Part shown: piece by piece, positions 24,812 through 35,695 of the stretch
How positions within the stretch are numbered: position 1 is the first letter of the stretch
Layout of the letters: the number at the start of each line of letters is the position of its first letter
Origin: Deltaproteobacteria bacterium
GTDB taxonomy: Bacteria > Myxococcota_A > Polyangia > Fen-1088
DNA length: 64,000 bases
Direction: 5' to 3'
Assembly (NCBI GenBank): GCA_016935975.1
Contig: JAFGPX010000003.1
Location: 15,455-79,454 of the forward strand
Translations under genes and position numbers: made by a program
The notes under the pieces: generated by a model
The model's database searches: none
The model's input: only the letters and a program-made list of their open reading frames with translations
What the model was told of the DNA's origin: nothing

Positions 24812-26647
24812 CTACCCCTGGTACACGATCTCCATCCGGCACGCGGGCGTCTCGCAGTGGAAGGCCAGGCGCAGCTTGCGTCCTTCGTCGTCGAGCAAAA
24901 ACCACGGCTCGGGCCACGCCGCGGTCTGGCCGGCACGTCCTTCGCGCGGACAGAGCCCCATCTCGTACTTGAGACAGTAGCGCGTGGTCATCACCGTGCG
25001 GCCTTTCATGTCGAGGCCGCTCTCGGCCGCGGGCTCGATGTCGTACACGTGATGGCGGCGGTAGAAGGCGCGGGCTTTGTCGTTGAGAACGTTGTCGCGG
25101 AAGTCGAGCTTGGTCGCAGGGTAGGGGGTGTCGTTGGGCACGATGGTCCGGCGCTCCGTGGGGCGCGCCTGCGCGCGCGCGGCGGCGAGGTTTTTCGCCA
25201 GCGCCCGGCGCAGCCCGTTGACATCCTTCGCGGCGAGGTGAAGCGGTGCCGTCCACGCGAGATCGACGCGCTTTGCCGCGAATTCGGTGTCGCCAAGCTT
25301 GGCGAGCCGCTGCCGGATGTCCGCGCTCGCAAGATCGGGCTTGTCGGCGCGAAGCTTGGCACATGGGAGCGTGGCACTCGCAGAGACCCCGTCTTCGTCC
25401 ACGGCAGCGAGGCGGATGCCCAGGGGGATCTCGGACAGCGCGAGGTCGACCGCGATCACGCGGCTGGGGCGGCTTTTTGCGACCTGCGCGGCGAAGGCGT
25501 GGTCGTGATTGCGAAACACGCGCACGCCCGGTGCGATGCCGCCGAGCTTGCGGGGAAAGACCCTTGCGCCCTGCACGCGATTGACCAGCGAGCCGTCGAG
25601 CTGGCGGTCGCGATCGTAGAAGGTGATGCCGTCGCCGCTGCGCAAGGCCGTGGGCCCGTCCAGCGTGAACGAATCGCGGCCGACCGAGCGCACGCTGCCG
25701 AGCGGTTCGCCCACGTGCTTGGGCGAGTCGGGCGAGGCCACGGCAGCGCCGCGTCCGGTGAGAAAGTAGGTCGTGTAGCCGCGGTTGAAGGTCTTGTCGG
25801 GATTGGGCGCGAAGTCGAGCGTGGCTTTTCCCGACGAGGACTTGCGGCCGCCCTGACCCGCGAGCACCCGGTCGAGCGCCTGCCGGTAGTGGCCGACCAC
25901 GTTCATGACGTAGGCCCGGTTTTTGAGCCGGCCCTCGATTTTGAAAGAGGACACGCCGGCCGCGACCAGAGCGCCGAGGTGCGGGGTCAGGTTCAAGTCG
26001 CGCAGCGAGAGCAGGTGGCGCTCGGCCACTCTGGTGTTCCCCTGGCCGTCGACCAGCGAGTAGCTGCGGCGGCAGGGCTGCGCGCACTGCCCGCGGTTGC
26101 CGCTGCGGCCGCCCACGGCGTAACTCAACCCGCAGCGACCGCTCATGCACACGCAGAGCGCGCCATGGACGAACACCTCCAGCTCCAGGGCGGTGGCGCG
26201 GCGGATGGCGCGAATGCCGTCGAGATCCAGCTCGCGCGCCAGGATGGCCCGCGAGAAGCCGACCTCTTCCAGAAAGCGCACGCGCTCGGGCGTGTGGTTG
26301 TGCATCTGCGTGCTGGCGACGAGCGGCAGGGGCGGCAGGCCGCGTTCGAGCAGGCCCACGTCCTGGATGATGAGCCCGTCCGCGCCCGCGCCGGCGAGGT
26401 CGTGGCAGAGCCGCACCGCCTCGTCGATCTCGTCGTCGCGCAGGATGGTGTTGACGGCCGCGTAGACCCGCGCGAAGTAGCGGTGCGCGTGCCGGGCCAG
26501 GGCCGCGATGTCCGCGAGCGAGTTGCCCGCCGCCTCGCGCGCCGAGAAGCGGCTGGCCCCGATGTACACCGCGTCCGCGCCGCAGTTGACGGCGGCGATC
26601 CCGGTCTCCAGATCCTTCGCGGGCGCGAGCAGCTCGACGGTTGGCAC
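24812..26647 (-). CDS. Peptidase U32 family protein (collagenase-like)
   Basis: ELLAPAKDLETGIAAVNCGADAVYIG...E(x)RCGLSY...CAQPCRR is the U32 signature region. Start taken at GTG for VPTVELLAP. Confidence 0.8.
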   Translation of the reverse strand: MPTVELLAPAKDLETGIAAVNCGADAVYIGASRFSAREAAGNSLADIAALARHAHRYFARVYAAVNTILRDDEIDEAVRLCHDLAGAGADGLIIQDVGLLERGLPPLPLVASTQMHNHTPERVRFLEEVGFSRAILARELDLDGIRAIRRATALELEVFVHGALCVCMSGRCGLSYAVGGRSGNRGQCAQPCRRSYSLVDGQGNTRVAERHLLSLRDLNLTPHLGALVAAGVSSFKIEGRLKNRAYVMNVVGHYRQALDRVLAGQGGRKSSSGKATLDFAPNPDKTFNRGYTTYFLTGRGAAVASPDSPKHVGEPLGSVRSVGRDSFTLDGPTALRSGDGITFYDRDRQLDGSLVNRVQGARVFPRKLGGIAPGVRVFRNHDHAFAAQVAKSRPSRVIAVDLALSEIPLGIRLAAVDEDGVSASATLPCAKLRADKPDLASADIRQRLAKLGDTEFAAKRVDLAWTAPLHLAAKDVNGLRRALAKNLAAARAQARPTERRTIVPNDTPYPATKLDFRDNVLNDKARAFYRRHHVYDIEPAAESGLDMKGRTVMTTRYCLKYEMGLCPREGRAGQTAAWPEPWFLLDDEGRKLRLAFHCETPACRMEIVYQG

Positions 26648-27107
26648 CGGCCAGGTGATAGCTGGCGGGAGTGGGAAGGGCAAGGCGGAGAGAGCGGCCC
26701 TGCGCTACCCGCCGCGCTTGTCGGCGTACTCGGGGTAGGCGCTCCCCGCGGGGTGGGTGCCGGAGTCCTCGGCGAGGGCTCCGGGGATCTGCAGTGGCGC
26801 GATGCTGCACCGGGTTCCCGTCCCGAGAGATCCCTGGCGCGAGAATCGAGGGATGGAGAGGCAGTCCTGACGCCGACGAGGTTGCCCTTGGTCCGCGCGC
26901 GGCACTGGAGCAGGCCATGCCTGCGCGCCGCGTCCGCGGCAACGTCCTTTGTCGTTTGGCGGGTTCTGTCGGGATGTGTGTATTCCACCCACTAGTGCGA
27001 CGCCGAGACGGCCGGTTTCGGCAGACTCGCGCGCGAAGCGTTGCGCAGCCCAGACGCGGTGGGAGCAGCCCGATCCCATTCCTCGCGCCTGAGGTGTCAT
27101 CTATTTC

Positions 27108-30100
27108 ATGATGATGGAAGAGCCCCGCAGACAGCCCGTGGTGTGTGTTCGGATCGCAGGTCCTTTGGCGGCAATCGGTCTCGCGGCAATGCTTGTCTTG
27201 GCCGGGGCCGCATGTACCGACGTCTCGATCGAGGAAAGCGGCACCGGCGGAACGGGGAAGGGCGGCGAGGGCGGCGCCAAAGGCTCGGGCGGTGTGACCA
27301 TCGACATCAGCGGCAATCCGCTGGGAACCGGGGGCAGCACGGAGCTCGTGTGCAACAGCACCAGCACGGCTGGATGCAAGGCCCAAATACCCGAGGGCTG
27401 TGGCGACGGTGTGAACAACCAAGGCGGCATCGAGGAGTGCGACGACGGCAACGTGCTGCCGGGTGACGGCTGCAACGGCGCCTGCAAGGAGGAGAAGAAC
27501 TGGGATTGTCCCCCGGCCGGCGAGTGTACGAGGCTCATCGTCTGCGGGGACAGACAGATCGGCGCGGGGGAAGTGTGCGACGACGGCAATACCATCGACA
27601 ACGATGGCTGCAACGCCACCTGCACCGTGCAGGATCCCGCCTACACCTGCATTCCCGGGGAGCCGTGCGTGCGCACTTCCGAGTGCGGCAACAAGCGCAT
27701 CGAGGCCGGCGAGGACTGCGAGGACGGCAACACCAACGATGGGGACGGGTGCAGCAGCAGTTGCAGGCTCGAGGGAGGGTGGATCTGTCCCAACCCGGGC
27801 TTGCCGTGCAAGGAGGCGCCCCGCTGCGGCGACAGCGTCATGCAGCCCACCATCGGCGAGGTGTGCGACGACGGCAACCAGGCCGACGGGGATGGTTGCT
27901 CGGCCGACTGCAAGAGCAAGGGCGCCGGTTGCGTCTGCACCCCGGGCGAGCTGTGCAAGTGCCCGGAAGTGAAGTGCGGCAACGGCATTCTCGAGGGCAA
28001 CGAGCGCTGCGACGACAGCAACACCAGGGACGGCGACGGCTGCAAGGGGGATTGTTCGAGCGTCGAGGAAGGTTACCAGTGCCGCGTGGTCGGCAAGGCC
28101 TGCACGCCCAAGTGCGGCGACGGCATCACCTCCGGAGCCGAGATCTGCGACGACGGCAACAACGATAGCGGCGACGGGTGCTCGGCCACGTGCAAGCTGG
28201 AGCTCGGCTGGAAGTGCAGCGGCACGCCGAGCACGTGCACCTCCACGACCTGCGGCGACGGCAAGGTCGAGGGGGCCGAGGGCTGCGACGACGGCAACAG
28301 CATGCCGTTCGACGGTTGCTCCTTGGACTGCCAGAAAGAACCCGACTGTTCGGGTGATTCGTGCACCTCGGGGTGCGGCGACGGCATCGTGCTTGGCGAG
28401 GACTGCGACGACGGCAACGCCGGCAGCGGCGACGGGTGCACGAAGGACTGCAAGACCGAATCCGGTTGGACCTGCACGCAACCCGAGATCGGCGAGAGGA
28501 TGGACGTGCCGGCGGTCTACCGCGACTTCCGCTTCAGCGGGAAGCTCGACAACATGCAGAACGATTTCGAGGGCGGCGTCACGGGCCAGCGCGAAGCCTC
28601 GACTGGGATGGTGCAGCCGGACCTCGACAACGACGGCAAGCCCGTGTACGCCAATCCGGCGAACCCCGGCGGCGCGGTGCACGTGCTAAGCGCCGACTCG
28701 TTCGCCACGTGGTTCCGGACCAGCACCGCGTCGCCCCCCATCAATCACGCGACGGCGGGCAAGCTGGCGCTGTGGCGAAACGCCGAGGGCGCGTACGTGA
28801 ACCGCTACGGACCCAACGGGGAGCAGTGGGACATCACCCAGAACGCGTACTGGTGCGGTACGGTGGGCCAGGAGAGGATAGACGACGTCACCGGCGAGCC
28901 CATCCCTTGCACCTTCGCGCAGGGGACAACGGACTGCGACAAGATGGATGCCGAGGGCTACACGCAGCTTCGGTGCTTCACCGACAGCGCCGGCACGACC
29001 TACCAGGCGCTCTACAGCATCGGCAAGGTCGACGGCAACCCGCTCTTCTTCCCGGTCGACGGCGACGACTTCTCGTCGGCGGACGCTTGGGGCGCGCAGG
29101 TGCCTTCCGAGCCCAAGAGCATGTACGATGCCTCGGGGACGTGGCCGTGGGATCTCGACGAGGCGGGCAACAAGATCCTGCACAACTTCGCGTTCACCAG
29201 CGAGGTCAAGTACTGGTTCAAGTACGATGCGAGCAAGAGCTACACGCTGAGCTTCGTGGGCGACGACGACGTTTGGGTCTTCATCAACAACAAGCTGGCG
29301 CTCGATATCGGCGGCATTCACACGCCGGTGGAGGACTCGGTCAATCTGGATGCCGCGGCGGCCGCCAAGTTCGGCAACATGAAGTCGGGCAACGTCTACC
29401 AGATCGCGGTGTTCCAGGCGGAACGACAGACGACCTGCTCGTCGTACAAGCTGACCCTGAGTGGCTTCAACGCGGCGCCGACCGAGTGTGTGCCCACCTG
29501 CGGCGACGGCGTGATTGTCGGCGACGAGGAGTGCGACTGCGGCGACGGCAACGTGCCCGTGCCCGGCACCTGCGCCGGCCCCAACGGCAACCCCGCGTAC
29601 AACGGCTGTGGCACCGACTGCAAATGGGGGCCCTTCTGCGGCGACGGCCAGACGACCGACGGCGAGGAGTGCGACAACGGCAGCAACAACGACGACTATG
29701 GCGCCAGCAACGGTTGCGCTCCGGGTTGCAAGCTGCCCGCGCGCTGTGGCGACGGCGAAGTCCAGACCGACTTCGACGAGGAATGCGACGACGGACCCGA
29801 CAATCTCCAAACGAGCGATCTCAAGGAGGCCTACGGCGGCTGCATGGCGAACTGCAAGCGCGGCGGGCGCTGTGGCGACGGTGTCGTCAATGGCCCCGAG
29901 GCCTGCGACGACGGCGTCAACGACGGCACCTACGGCACCTGCAACCCCGACTGTTCGGCCGCGCCCAGGTGCGGGGACGGGGTGGTTCAGGAGGAGTACG
30001 CCGAGGAGTGCGAGCCGGCCATGACGAACGACCCCGATTGCACCCCCGCCTGCCGGCTGCCGGGTGGCTGTGGCGACGGCATCGTGCAGCCGCCCGAGCA

Positions 30101-30383
30101 ATGCGACGAGGGCGCTGCCTTCAACAACGGAGACTACGGCGGCTGTGCGCCGAGTTGCATCTTTGCGCCCCATTGTGGGGATGGGATCATGAACGGACCC
30201 GAAGAATGCGACGATGGCGTCCGCGACAGCTCGTACGGCGGCTGCACGCCTCAATGCAAGTTGGCTCCCCACTGCGGCGACGGCTTCGTCAACGGGGACG
30301 AAGAGTGCGACCACGGGGACGACAACGGAAAGGACGGCCTGTGCACGTCGTCGTGCAAGGAGATCATCTTCCTTCCGTTGTAG
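27108..30383 (+). CDS. Large secreted lipoprotein with Myxococcus-type cysteine-rich repeats and a PA14/fibro-slime-like domain (paralog A)
   Basis: Lipobox LVLAGAAC. More than 20 repeats of CGDGxxxxxExCDDGNxxxGDGCSxxC. Central module FTSEVKYWFKYDASKSYTLSFVGDDDVWVFINNKL is PA14/fibro-slime-like. 1091 aa. Confidence 0.85.
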   Translation: MMMEEPRRQPVVCVRIAGPLAAIGLAAMLVLAGAACTDVSIEESGTGGTGKGGEGGAKGSGGVTIDISGNPLGTGGSTELVCNSTSTAGCKAQIPEGCGDGVNNQGGIEECDDGNVLPGDGCNGACKEEKNWDCPPAGECTRLIVCGDRQIGAGEVCDDGNTIDNDGCNATCTVQDPAYTCIPGEPCVRTSECGNKRIEAGEDCEDGNTNDGDGCSSSCRLEGGWICPNPGLPCKEAPRCGDSVMQPTIGEVCDDGNQADGDGCSADCKSKGAGCVCTPGELCKCPEVKCGNGILEGNERCDDSNTRDGDGCKGDCSSVEEGYQCRVVGKACTPKCGDGITSGAEICDDGNNDSGDGCSATCKLELGWKCSGTPSTCTSTTCGDGKVEGAEGCDDGNSMPFDGCSLDCQKEPDCSGDSCTSGCGDGIVLGEDCDDGNAGSGDGCTKDCKTESGWTCTQPEIGERMDVPAVYRDFRFSGKLDNMQNDFEGGVTGQREASTGMVQPDLDNDGKPVYANPANPGGAVHVLSADSFATWFRTSTASPPINHATAGKLALWRNAEGAYVNRYGPNGEQWDITQNAYWCGTVGQERIDDVTGEPIPCTFAQGTTDCDKMDAEGYTQLRCFTDSAGTTYQALYSIGKVDGNPLFFPVDGDDFSSADAWGAQVPSEPKSMYDASGTWPWDLDEAGNKILHNFAFTSEVKYWFKYDASKSYTLSFVGDDDVWVFINNKLALDIGGIHTPVEDSVNLDAAAAAKFGNMKSGNVYQIAVFQAERQTTCSSYKLTLSGFNAAPTECVPTCGDGVIVGDEECDCGDGNVPVPGTCAGPNGNPAYNGCGTDCKWGPFCGDGQTTDGEECDNGSNNDDYGASNGCAPGCKLPARCGDGEVQTDFDEECDDGPDNLQTSDLKEAYGGCMANCKRGGRCGDGVVNGPEACDDGVNDGTYGTCNPDCSAAPRCGDGVVQEEYAEECEPAMTNDPDCTPACRLPGGCGDGIVQPPEQCDEGAAFNNGDYGGCAPSCIFAPHCGDGIMNGPEECDDGVRDSSYGGCTPQCKLAPHCGDGFVNGDEECDHGDDNGKDGLCTSSCKEIIFLPL

Positions 30384-30620
30384 TTATCGTGGATGCCGGC
30401 GCGACTGCGCGGTGGGTTTCCAGCCGTGGCTTCCAGGCCGCGGTCGGCCGGCGGGACAGCCGCCCAAGGGAGCGGTGGCAGCCGGAATGTGTGGGTTTCT
30501 CCCACTCGGATCACATGGCTGCGGCGGTTTGGGTCGGCTCGGCCGCACAAAACTGCCATACTACTGCCTGAACGCCGGAGGATGGCTCCGACTTCGTCAC
30601 TCGTTCACGAGGTGTTTCCA

Positions 30621-33600
30621 ATGACAAGAGCGCCTAGCGGACACCCAGGATTGGTGGGTCGTTTTCTTGACCTCCTCGCAGCAGCTAGCCTCGCTCTGTT
30701 CTTCGCGGTTGCAGGAGCGGGCTGCACCGACGCTTCAATTCAGGACCCCGGCGGCGGGGCTGGGCAGGGGGGGGCGGCGGGCGGCAAACCCGGAGCGGGC
30801 GGCGGCGGCGGCGTCATCATCGACATCAGCAGTCAACCCTTCGGGTCCGGAGGCACGACTGGCACCTCGTTGGTGTGCAACAGCACCAGCACCGCCGGCT
30901 GCAAGGCCATGGCGCCCGAGGGCTGTGGCGACGGCGTCAACAACCAAGGCGGCATCGAGGAATGCGACGACGGCAACGTGTTGCCGGGCGACGGCTGCAA
31001 CGGCGCCTGCAAGGAGGAGAAGAACTGGGATTGTCCACTCGCCGGCCCATGCACGAGGCTGGTGGTTTGTGGCGACAAACAAATCGGCGCGGGCGAGGTG
31101 TGCGACGACGGCAACACCACGGACAACGACGGCTGCGACAGCACCTGCACCGTGCAGGATCCCGCGTTCACCTGCATACCGGGCGAGCCTTGCGTGCGCA
31201 CTTCCGAATGCGGCAACAAGCGCATCGAGGCGGGTGAGGACTGCGAAGACGGCAACACCAACGACGGCGACGGATGCAGCAGCAGCTGCAAGCTCGAGGG
31301 CGGCTTCGTCTGTCCCAATCCCGGCCAGCCCTGCAAGGAGGCGCCCCGCTGCGGCGACAGCGTCATGCAGCCCACCATCGGCGAGGTGTGCGACGACGGC
31401 AACCAGCGGGACGGCGACGGCTGCTCGGCCGACTGCAAGACCAAGGGCATCGGCTGCGTGTGCACGCCGGGACAACTGTGCCAGTGTCCGGTCGTCAAGT
31501 GCGGCAACGGCGTGCTCGAAGGCAGCGAGAAGTGCGACGACGGCAACGCGACAAGCGGCGACGGCTGCGCGAGCGATTGCCAGAGGGTCGAGCCGGGCTA
31601 CCAGTGCCGGGTCGCCGGCAAGGCGTGCACACCGAAGTGCGGCGACGGCATCAAGTCGGGCGCCGAAACCTGCGACGACGGCAACAACGAGAGCGGTGAC
31701 GGCTGCTCGGCCACCTGCAAGCTGGAGCTGGGGTGGAAGTGCGAGGGTACCACGTGCACCTCCACGGTGTGCGGCGATAGCAAGGTTGAGGGCGCCGAGG
31801 GCTGCGACGACGGCAACGACCTGTCGTTCGACGGGTGTTCCCAGACCTGTCAATGGGAGCCCGACTGCTCGGGCAGCTCGTGCACGTCGAGATGCGGCGA
31901 CGGCATCGTGTTGGAGGAGAATTGCGACGACGGCAACGCCGGCAGCGGCGACGGCTGTTCCAAGGACTGCAAGGTCGAGGACGGCTGGACCTGCGACCAG
32001 CCCACGCTTGGGGATACGATGGAGGTGCCCGCGGTCTTCCGCGACTTCCGCTACGGGAACCCCAGCGACTTCGAGGCCGGCGTGCAGGGCTCGGAAACCG
32101 CGTCTCCCGGCATGGTCGAGGGCACCCTGGACGCGGAGGGCAAGCCGGTGTTCACCGGCAAGACCGGCCCGGCCATCCACGTGGAAAGCGCGGCCACCTT
32201 CAAGAAGTGGTACCGCGACGACAGCTCAAACCACGCCACGCCGGGCGCGATTACCCTGTGGAACAAAGGCAACGGCGCCTACGTGAACCGCTACGGCGCA
32301 AACGGCGAGCAGTGGTACAACACCGAGCCGGCCTACTACTGCGGCAACGTCGGAGCCGAGCAGACCGACGCCGACGGCAATCCCATCCCGTGCACTTCGA
32401 TGTACGGCACCACCGATTGCGACAAGATGCTCGCCGAGGGCAAGGTGATGCACGAGTGCATCGTGGACGGCCAGAACTACCGGGCTACCTTCATCGTCTC
32501 GGTGGAGGACGGCACGCCGACCTTCTTCCCGGTCGACGACGACGACTTCACCCCGGCCTCGGAGCGGCAGGGGGCCAAGGTTCCGCCCTACTACGACTTC
32601 GCGAGGACCTGGCCGTTCCACGTCGACGACAGCGGCACCAAGATCCTGCACAACTTCAGCTTCACCAGCGAGGTCAAGTACTGGTTCAAGTACGAAGCCG
32701 GCAATTCGTACAAGCTCGACTTCGTGGGCGACGACGACGTCTGGGTCTTCGTCAACAAGAAGCTGGCGCCGAACTGCGATCTCGGCGGGATTCACACCCC
32801 GGTGGAAGGTTCGGTCACCATCGACGGCGCCACCGCCTCGACCTTCGGCATCAGCGCCGGCAAGGTCTACCAGATCGCGGTTTTCCAGGCCGAGCGCCAG
32901 ACCGAGGGCTCGTCGTACAAGCTGACCCTGAGCGGCTTCAACGCCGCGCCCACGGACTGCGTGCCCACTTGCGGGGACGGGGTGATGGTCGGCGACGAGG
33001 AGTGCGACTGCGGCGACGGCAGCGTGCCGGTGCCGAGCACGTGCGCCGGCCCCAATGGCAATCCCTCGTACAACGGCTGCGGCACCGATTGCAGGTGGGG
33101 GCCGTTCTGCGGCGACGGCGAGACTACCGACGGCGAGGAGTGCGACAACGGCAGCAACAACGACGACTACGGCACCACCGACGGCTGCGCTCCGGGCTGC
33201 AAGCTGCCCGCCCGCTGCGGCGACGGCGAGCTGCAGACCGAGTTCGACGAGGAGTGCGACGAGGGTCCGGACAACCAGACCACGAGCGATCCCAAGGTCG
33301 CGTACGGGGGCTGCATGTCGAACTGCAAGCGCGGCGGGCGCTGTGGCGACGGTATCGTCAACGGCCCCGAGACCTGCGACGACGGCGTCAACGACGGCAC
33401 CTACGGCACCTGCAACCCCGATTGCACGTTCGGACCCAGGTGTGGGGACGGCGTCGTGCAATCCGACTACGGCGAGGAGTGCGAGCCCACCATGACGGAC
33501 GATCCCAATTGCACCCCTGCCTGCCGTCTGCCCGGTGGGTGCGGCGACGGCATCATCCAGCCGCCCGAGCAATGCGATGAGGGCGCCCTGGCCAACAACG

Positions 33601-33854
33601 GCGAGTACGGTGGCTGCGCGCCGAGCTGCATCTTCGCCCCCCACTGCGGCGACGGCATCAAGAACGGGCCCGAGGAATGCGACGACGGCATCCGCGACGG
33701 CTCGTACGGTGGCTGCACGCCCGAGTGCAAGCTGGGCCCGCATTGCGGCGATGGCATGGTCAACGGCGACGAGGCGTGCGACCACGGGGCGGACAACGGC
33801 CTGGATGGTCTGTGCACCAAGGAGTGCAAGGAGATCATCTACCTGCCGCCGTAG
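30621..33854 (+). CDS. Large secreted lipoprotein with Myxococcus-type cysteine-rich repeats and a PA14/fibro-slime-like domain (paralog B, tandem duplicate)
   Basis: Same architecture and long near-identical stretches compared with paralog A. Start at MTRAPSGH... with lipobox FFAVAGAGC. 1077 aa. Confidence 0.85.
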   Translation: MTRAPSGHPGLVGRFLDLLAAASLALFFAVAGAGCTDASIQDPGGGAGQGGAAGGKPGAGGGGGVIIDISSQPFGSGGTTGTSLVCNSTSTAGCKAMAPEGCGDGVNNQGGIEECDDGNVLPGDGCNGACKEEKNWDCPLAGPCTRLVVCGDKQIGAGEVCDDGNTTDNDGCDSTCTVQDPAFTCIPGEPCVRTSECGNKRIEAGEDCEDGNTNDGDGCSSSCKLEGGFVCPNPGQPCKEAPRCGDSVMQPTIGEVCDDGNQRDGDGCSADCKTKGIGCVCTPGQLCQCPVVKCGNGVLEGSEKCDDGNATSGDGCASDCQRVEPGYQCRVAGKACTPKCGDGIKSGAETCDDGNNESGDGCSATCKLELGWKCEGTTCTSTVCGDSKVEGAEGCDDGNDLSFDGCSQTCQWEPDCSGSSCTSRCGDGIVLEENCDDGNAGSGDGCSKDCKVEDGWTCDQPTLGDTMEVPAVFRDFRYGNPSDFEAGVQGSETASPGMVEGTLDAEGKPVFTGKTGPAIHVESAATFKKWYRDDSSNHATPGAITLWNKGNGAYVNRYGANGEQWYNTEPAYYCGNVGAEQTDADGNPIPCTSMYGTTDCDKMLAEGKVMHECIVDGQNYRATFIVSVEDGTPTFFPVDDDDFTPASERQGAKVPPYYDFARTWPFHVDDSGTKILHNFSFTSEVKYWFKYEAGNSYKLDFVGDDDVWVFVNKKLAPNCDLGGIHTPVEGSVTIDGATASTFGISAGKVYQIAVFQAERQTEGSSYKLTLSGFNAAPTDCVPTCGDGVMVGDEECDCGDGSVPVPSTCAGPNGNPSYNGCGTDCRWGPFCGDGETTDGEECDNGSNNDDYGTTDGCAPGCKLPARCGDGELQTEFDEECDEGPDNQTTSDPKVAYGGCMSNCKRGGRCGDGIVNGPETCDDGVNDGTYGTCNPDCTFGPRCGDGVVQSDYGEECEPTMTDDPNCTPACRLPGGCGDGIIQPPEQCDEGALANNGEYGGCAPSCIFAPHCGDGIKNGPEECDDGIRDGSYGGCTPECKLGPHCGDGMVNGDEACDHGADNGLDGLCTKECKEIIYLPP

Positions 33855-33993
33855 CCTGGGCTGGCGCGCCGGCCGATCCCGTTGTCGCAGTCCGGTGATC
33901 CGCGGAGCGCGAAGCGGTCGCTTCTTGTGTTCCCGAGAAGGCTGGAAGGGCAGCAGGCCGCGATCCGTCCGGATCGCGGTAGACTGGGGGCCA

Positions 33994-35652
33994 ATGCGCG
34001 CGGCGGTGTCATCGGGAATCTGCAATGATCGGGACTTCCTTGCCGGCGGGCGGGGGCCCAGGCCGCCGCACGGATGGTCGTGGCTCTACCCGCTGCTGGT
34101 CCTGGCCTTGACAGCCTGCGGTGGTGGCGGCGGCGGAGCTGTCAGCGACGCCGGCGGCGCGGGCGCGCTCAGCGAAGGCGGTGTCCCCAACACGGGCTGC
34201 CCGGGCCGGCTTGCGCCCCTTGCGCCGCCGGGCCGGCTCGAGACGGTGGGCACGGGAACCGCGGACTCGTGCACCGAAGAGGCGTTGCGCGCCGCCGTGG
34301 ACAACGTGAGCGCCGCCGGCGGTGGCACCGTCACCTTCGACTGCGGCGGGCCGCACACCATCAAGCTGGCCGCGAGCCTTCAGGTCGCCTCGGCCAAGGA
34401 TCAGACGGTCATGATCGACGGCAACGATGAAATCACCATCAGCGGCTCGGGCAAGACCCGCATTTTCGACCTCGACAACCACACGAACTTCGTCGTCGAG
34501 CGGCTCACGCTGCAGGACGGCTTCGTGGCGGCCGGCGAGCCGGAAATCACCAACCGGCCGAGCGACTCGGGCGCGGCCATCCGCCACCCCTGGTTCGGAA
34601 CCTTGAAGGCCATCGACGTGCGCTTCGTGAACAACCAGTGCCAGAGCCGCGACGGCGAGATCGGGGGCGGCGCCATCTACGCGGGCGGCCTGACCGAGGC
34701 CGTGCTCTCCGGCTGCGAGTTCGTGGGCAACGTCGCCTCGAACGGCGGCGGGATTCTGAACCGCGGCTCGACGCTGACCATCATCGACTGCCGTTTCTCC
34801 GGCAATGCGGCCCTGGGCGTCGGCGACGGTCAGTTCGGCAACGGCGGCGGCGTGTACATCGACGGCATGGACTACGAGAATCCGGGTGGCGACTTCTTCC
34901 TGTGCGGCACCGCCTTCGAGGGCAACGTGGCCATGACCCACGGCAGCGGCATGTTCAGCTACTTCTACGACGGCTCCGAGTCGGCGATCCGCGACTGCGC
35001 GTTCGACGGCAACCGGTTCGAAAACGGCGGCGACGGCTCGGGCGCGCTCTACCACGAGGGCGCGCCGCCGGACGTCAGTGTCCTTGCCCTCACGAACACG
35101 ACCTTCTCGAACAACACCGGCGGCGAGCACGCCGGGTCGCTCTTCCTGGGTCAGCTCTCGGAGGCGTTCATCACCAACTGCACCTTCGCCAACAACCGGG
35201 TGTCGGGCAATGCCGGCGGGCTGTTCAACGGCGCCGCCGTCGCTCACCTCAGGAATTGCACGTTCAGCGGCAACGACGCCGACTACGGCCCGGCCATCTT
35301 CAAGGGGCAGAGCGCGACGGTGACGGTGCAGAACACGCTATTCGTCGCCAACACGACCGCCAACCAGTACAGCGCCACGAGCTGCCATGAGGCGATGACC
35401 GACCTCGGCGGCAACCTGCAGTGGCCGCGCACCAAGGCGAGCGGAAAGGACGACCAGCCGTGCGTCGAAGGCATCGAGTTCGTCGATCCCCTGCTGCAGC
35501 CGCTCGCCGATAACGGCGGCTTCTCGCAGACGTTCGCTCTCGGCCCGGGCAGCCCCGCCATGGGCTACGCCAGCGATTGCCCGGCCACCGACCAGCGCGG
35601 CCTGCCGCGCGGCTCGCCCTGCGACAGCGGCGCGTTCGAGCACCAGCCGTGA
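33994..35652 (+). CDS. Lipoprotein with right-handed parallel beta-helix (pectate-lyase-like) repeats
   Basis: Lipobox LALTAC followed by a Gly linker. Repeated N/G-rich rungs (GGAIYAGG..., NGGGILNRG..., GNGGGVYIDG..., NTTFSNN, NCTFANN, NCTFSGN). C-terminal GLPRGSPCDSGAFE. Confidence 0.7.
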   Translation: MRAAVSSGICNDRDFLAGGRGPRPPHGWSWLYPLLVLALTACGGGGGGAVSDAGGAGALSEGGVPNTGCPGRLAPLAPPGRLETVGTGTADSCTEEALRAAVDNVSAAGGGTVTFDCGGPHTIKLAASLQVASAKDQTVMIDGNDEITISGSGKTRIFDLDNHTNFVVERLTLQDGFVAAGEPEITNRPSDSGAAIRHPWFGTLKAIDVRFVNNQCQSRDGEIGGGAIYAGGLTEAVLSGCEFVGNVASNGGGILNRGSTLTIIDCRFSGNAALGVGDGQFGNGGGVYIDGMDYENPGGDFFLCGTAFEGNVAMTHGSGMFSYFYDGSESAIRDCAFDGNRFENGGDGSGALYHEGAPPDVSVLALTNTTFSNNTGGEHAGSLFLGQLSEAFITNCTFANNRVSGNAGGLFNGAAVAHLRNCTFSGNDADYGPAIFKGQSATVTVQNTLFVANTTANQYSATSCHEAMTDLGGNLQWPRTKASGKDDQPCVEGIEFVDPLLQPLADNGGFSQTFALGPGSPAMGYASDCPATDQRGLPRGSPCDSGAFEHQP

Positions 35653-35695
35653 GCGCGACGCCGGGCTTCGCCTTCGCGCGCGTGCCCGAACGGAA

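Noticed and set aside
24690-30314. ORFs 24690..28682(-) of 1330 aa, 24857..26995(+) of 712 aa and 28686..30314(-) of 542 aa
   Set aside because: Shadow ORFs antisense to the U32 peptidase and Cys-rich repeat genes. They are A/R/G-rich low-complexity sequence without motifs.
30735-34025. ORFs 30735..32180(-) and 32226..34025(-)
   Set aside because: Antisense shadows of paralog B of the Cys-rich repeat protein.
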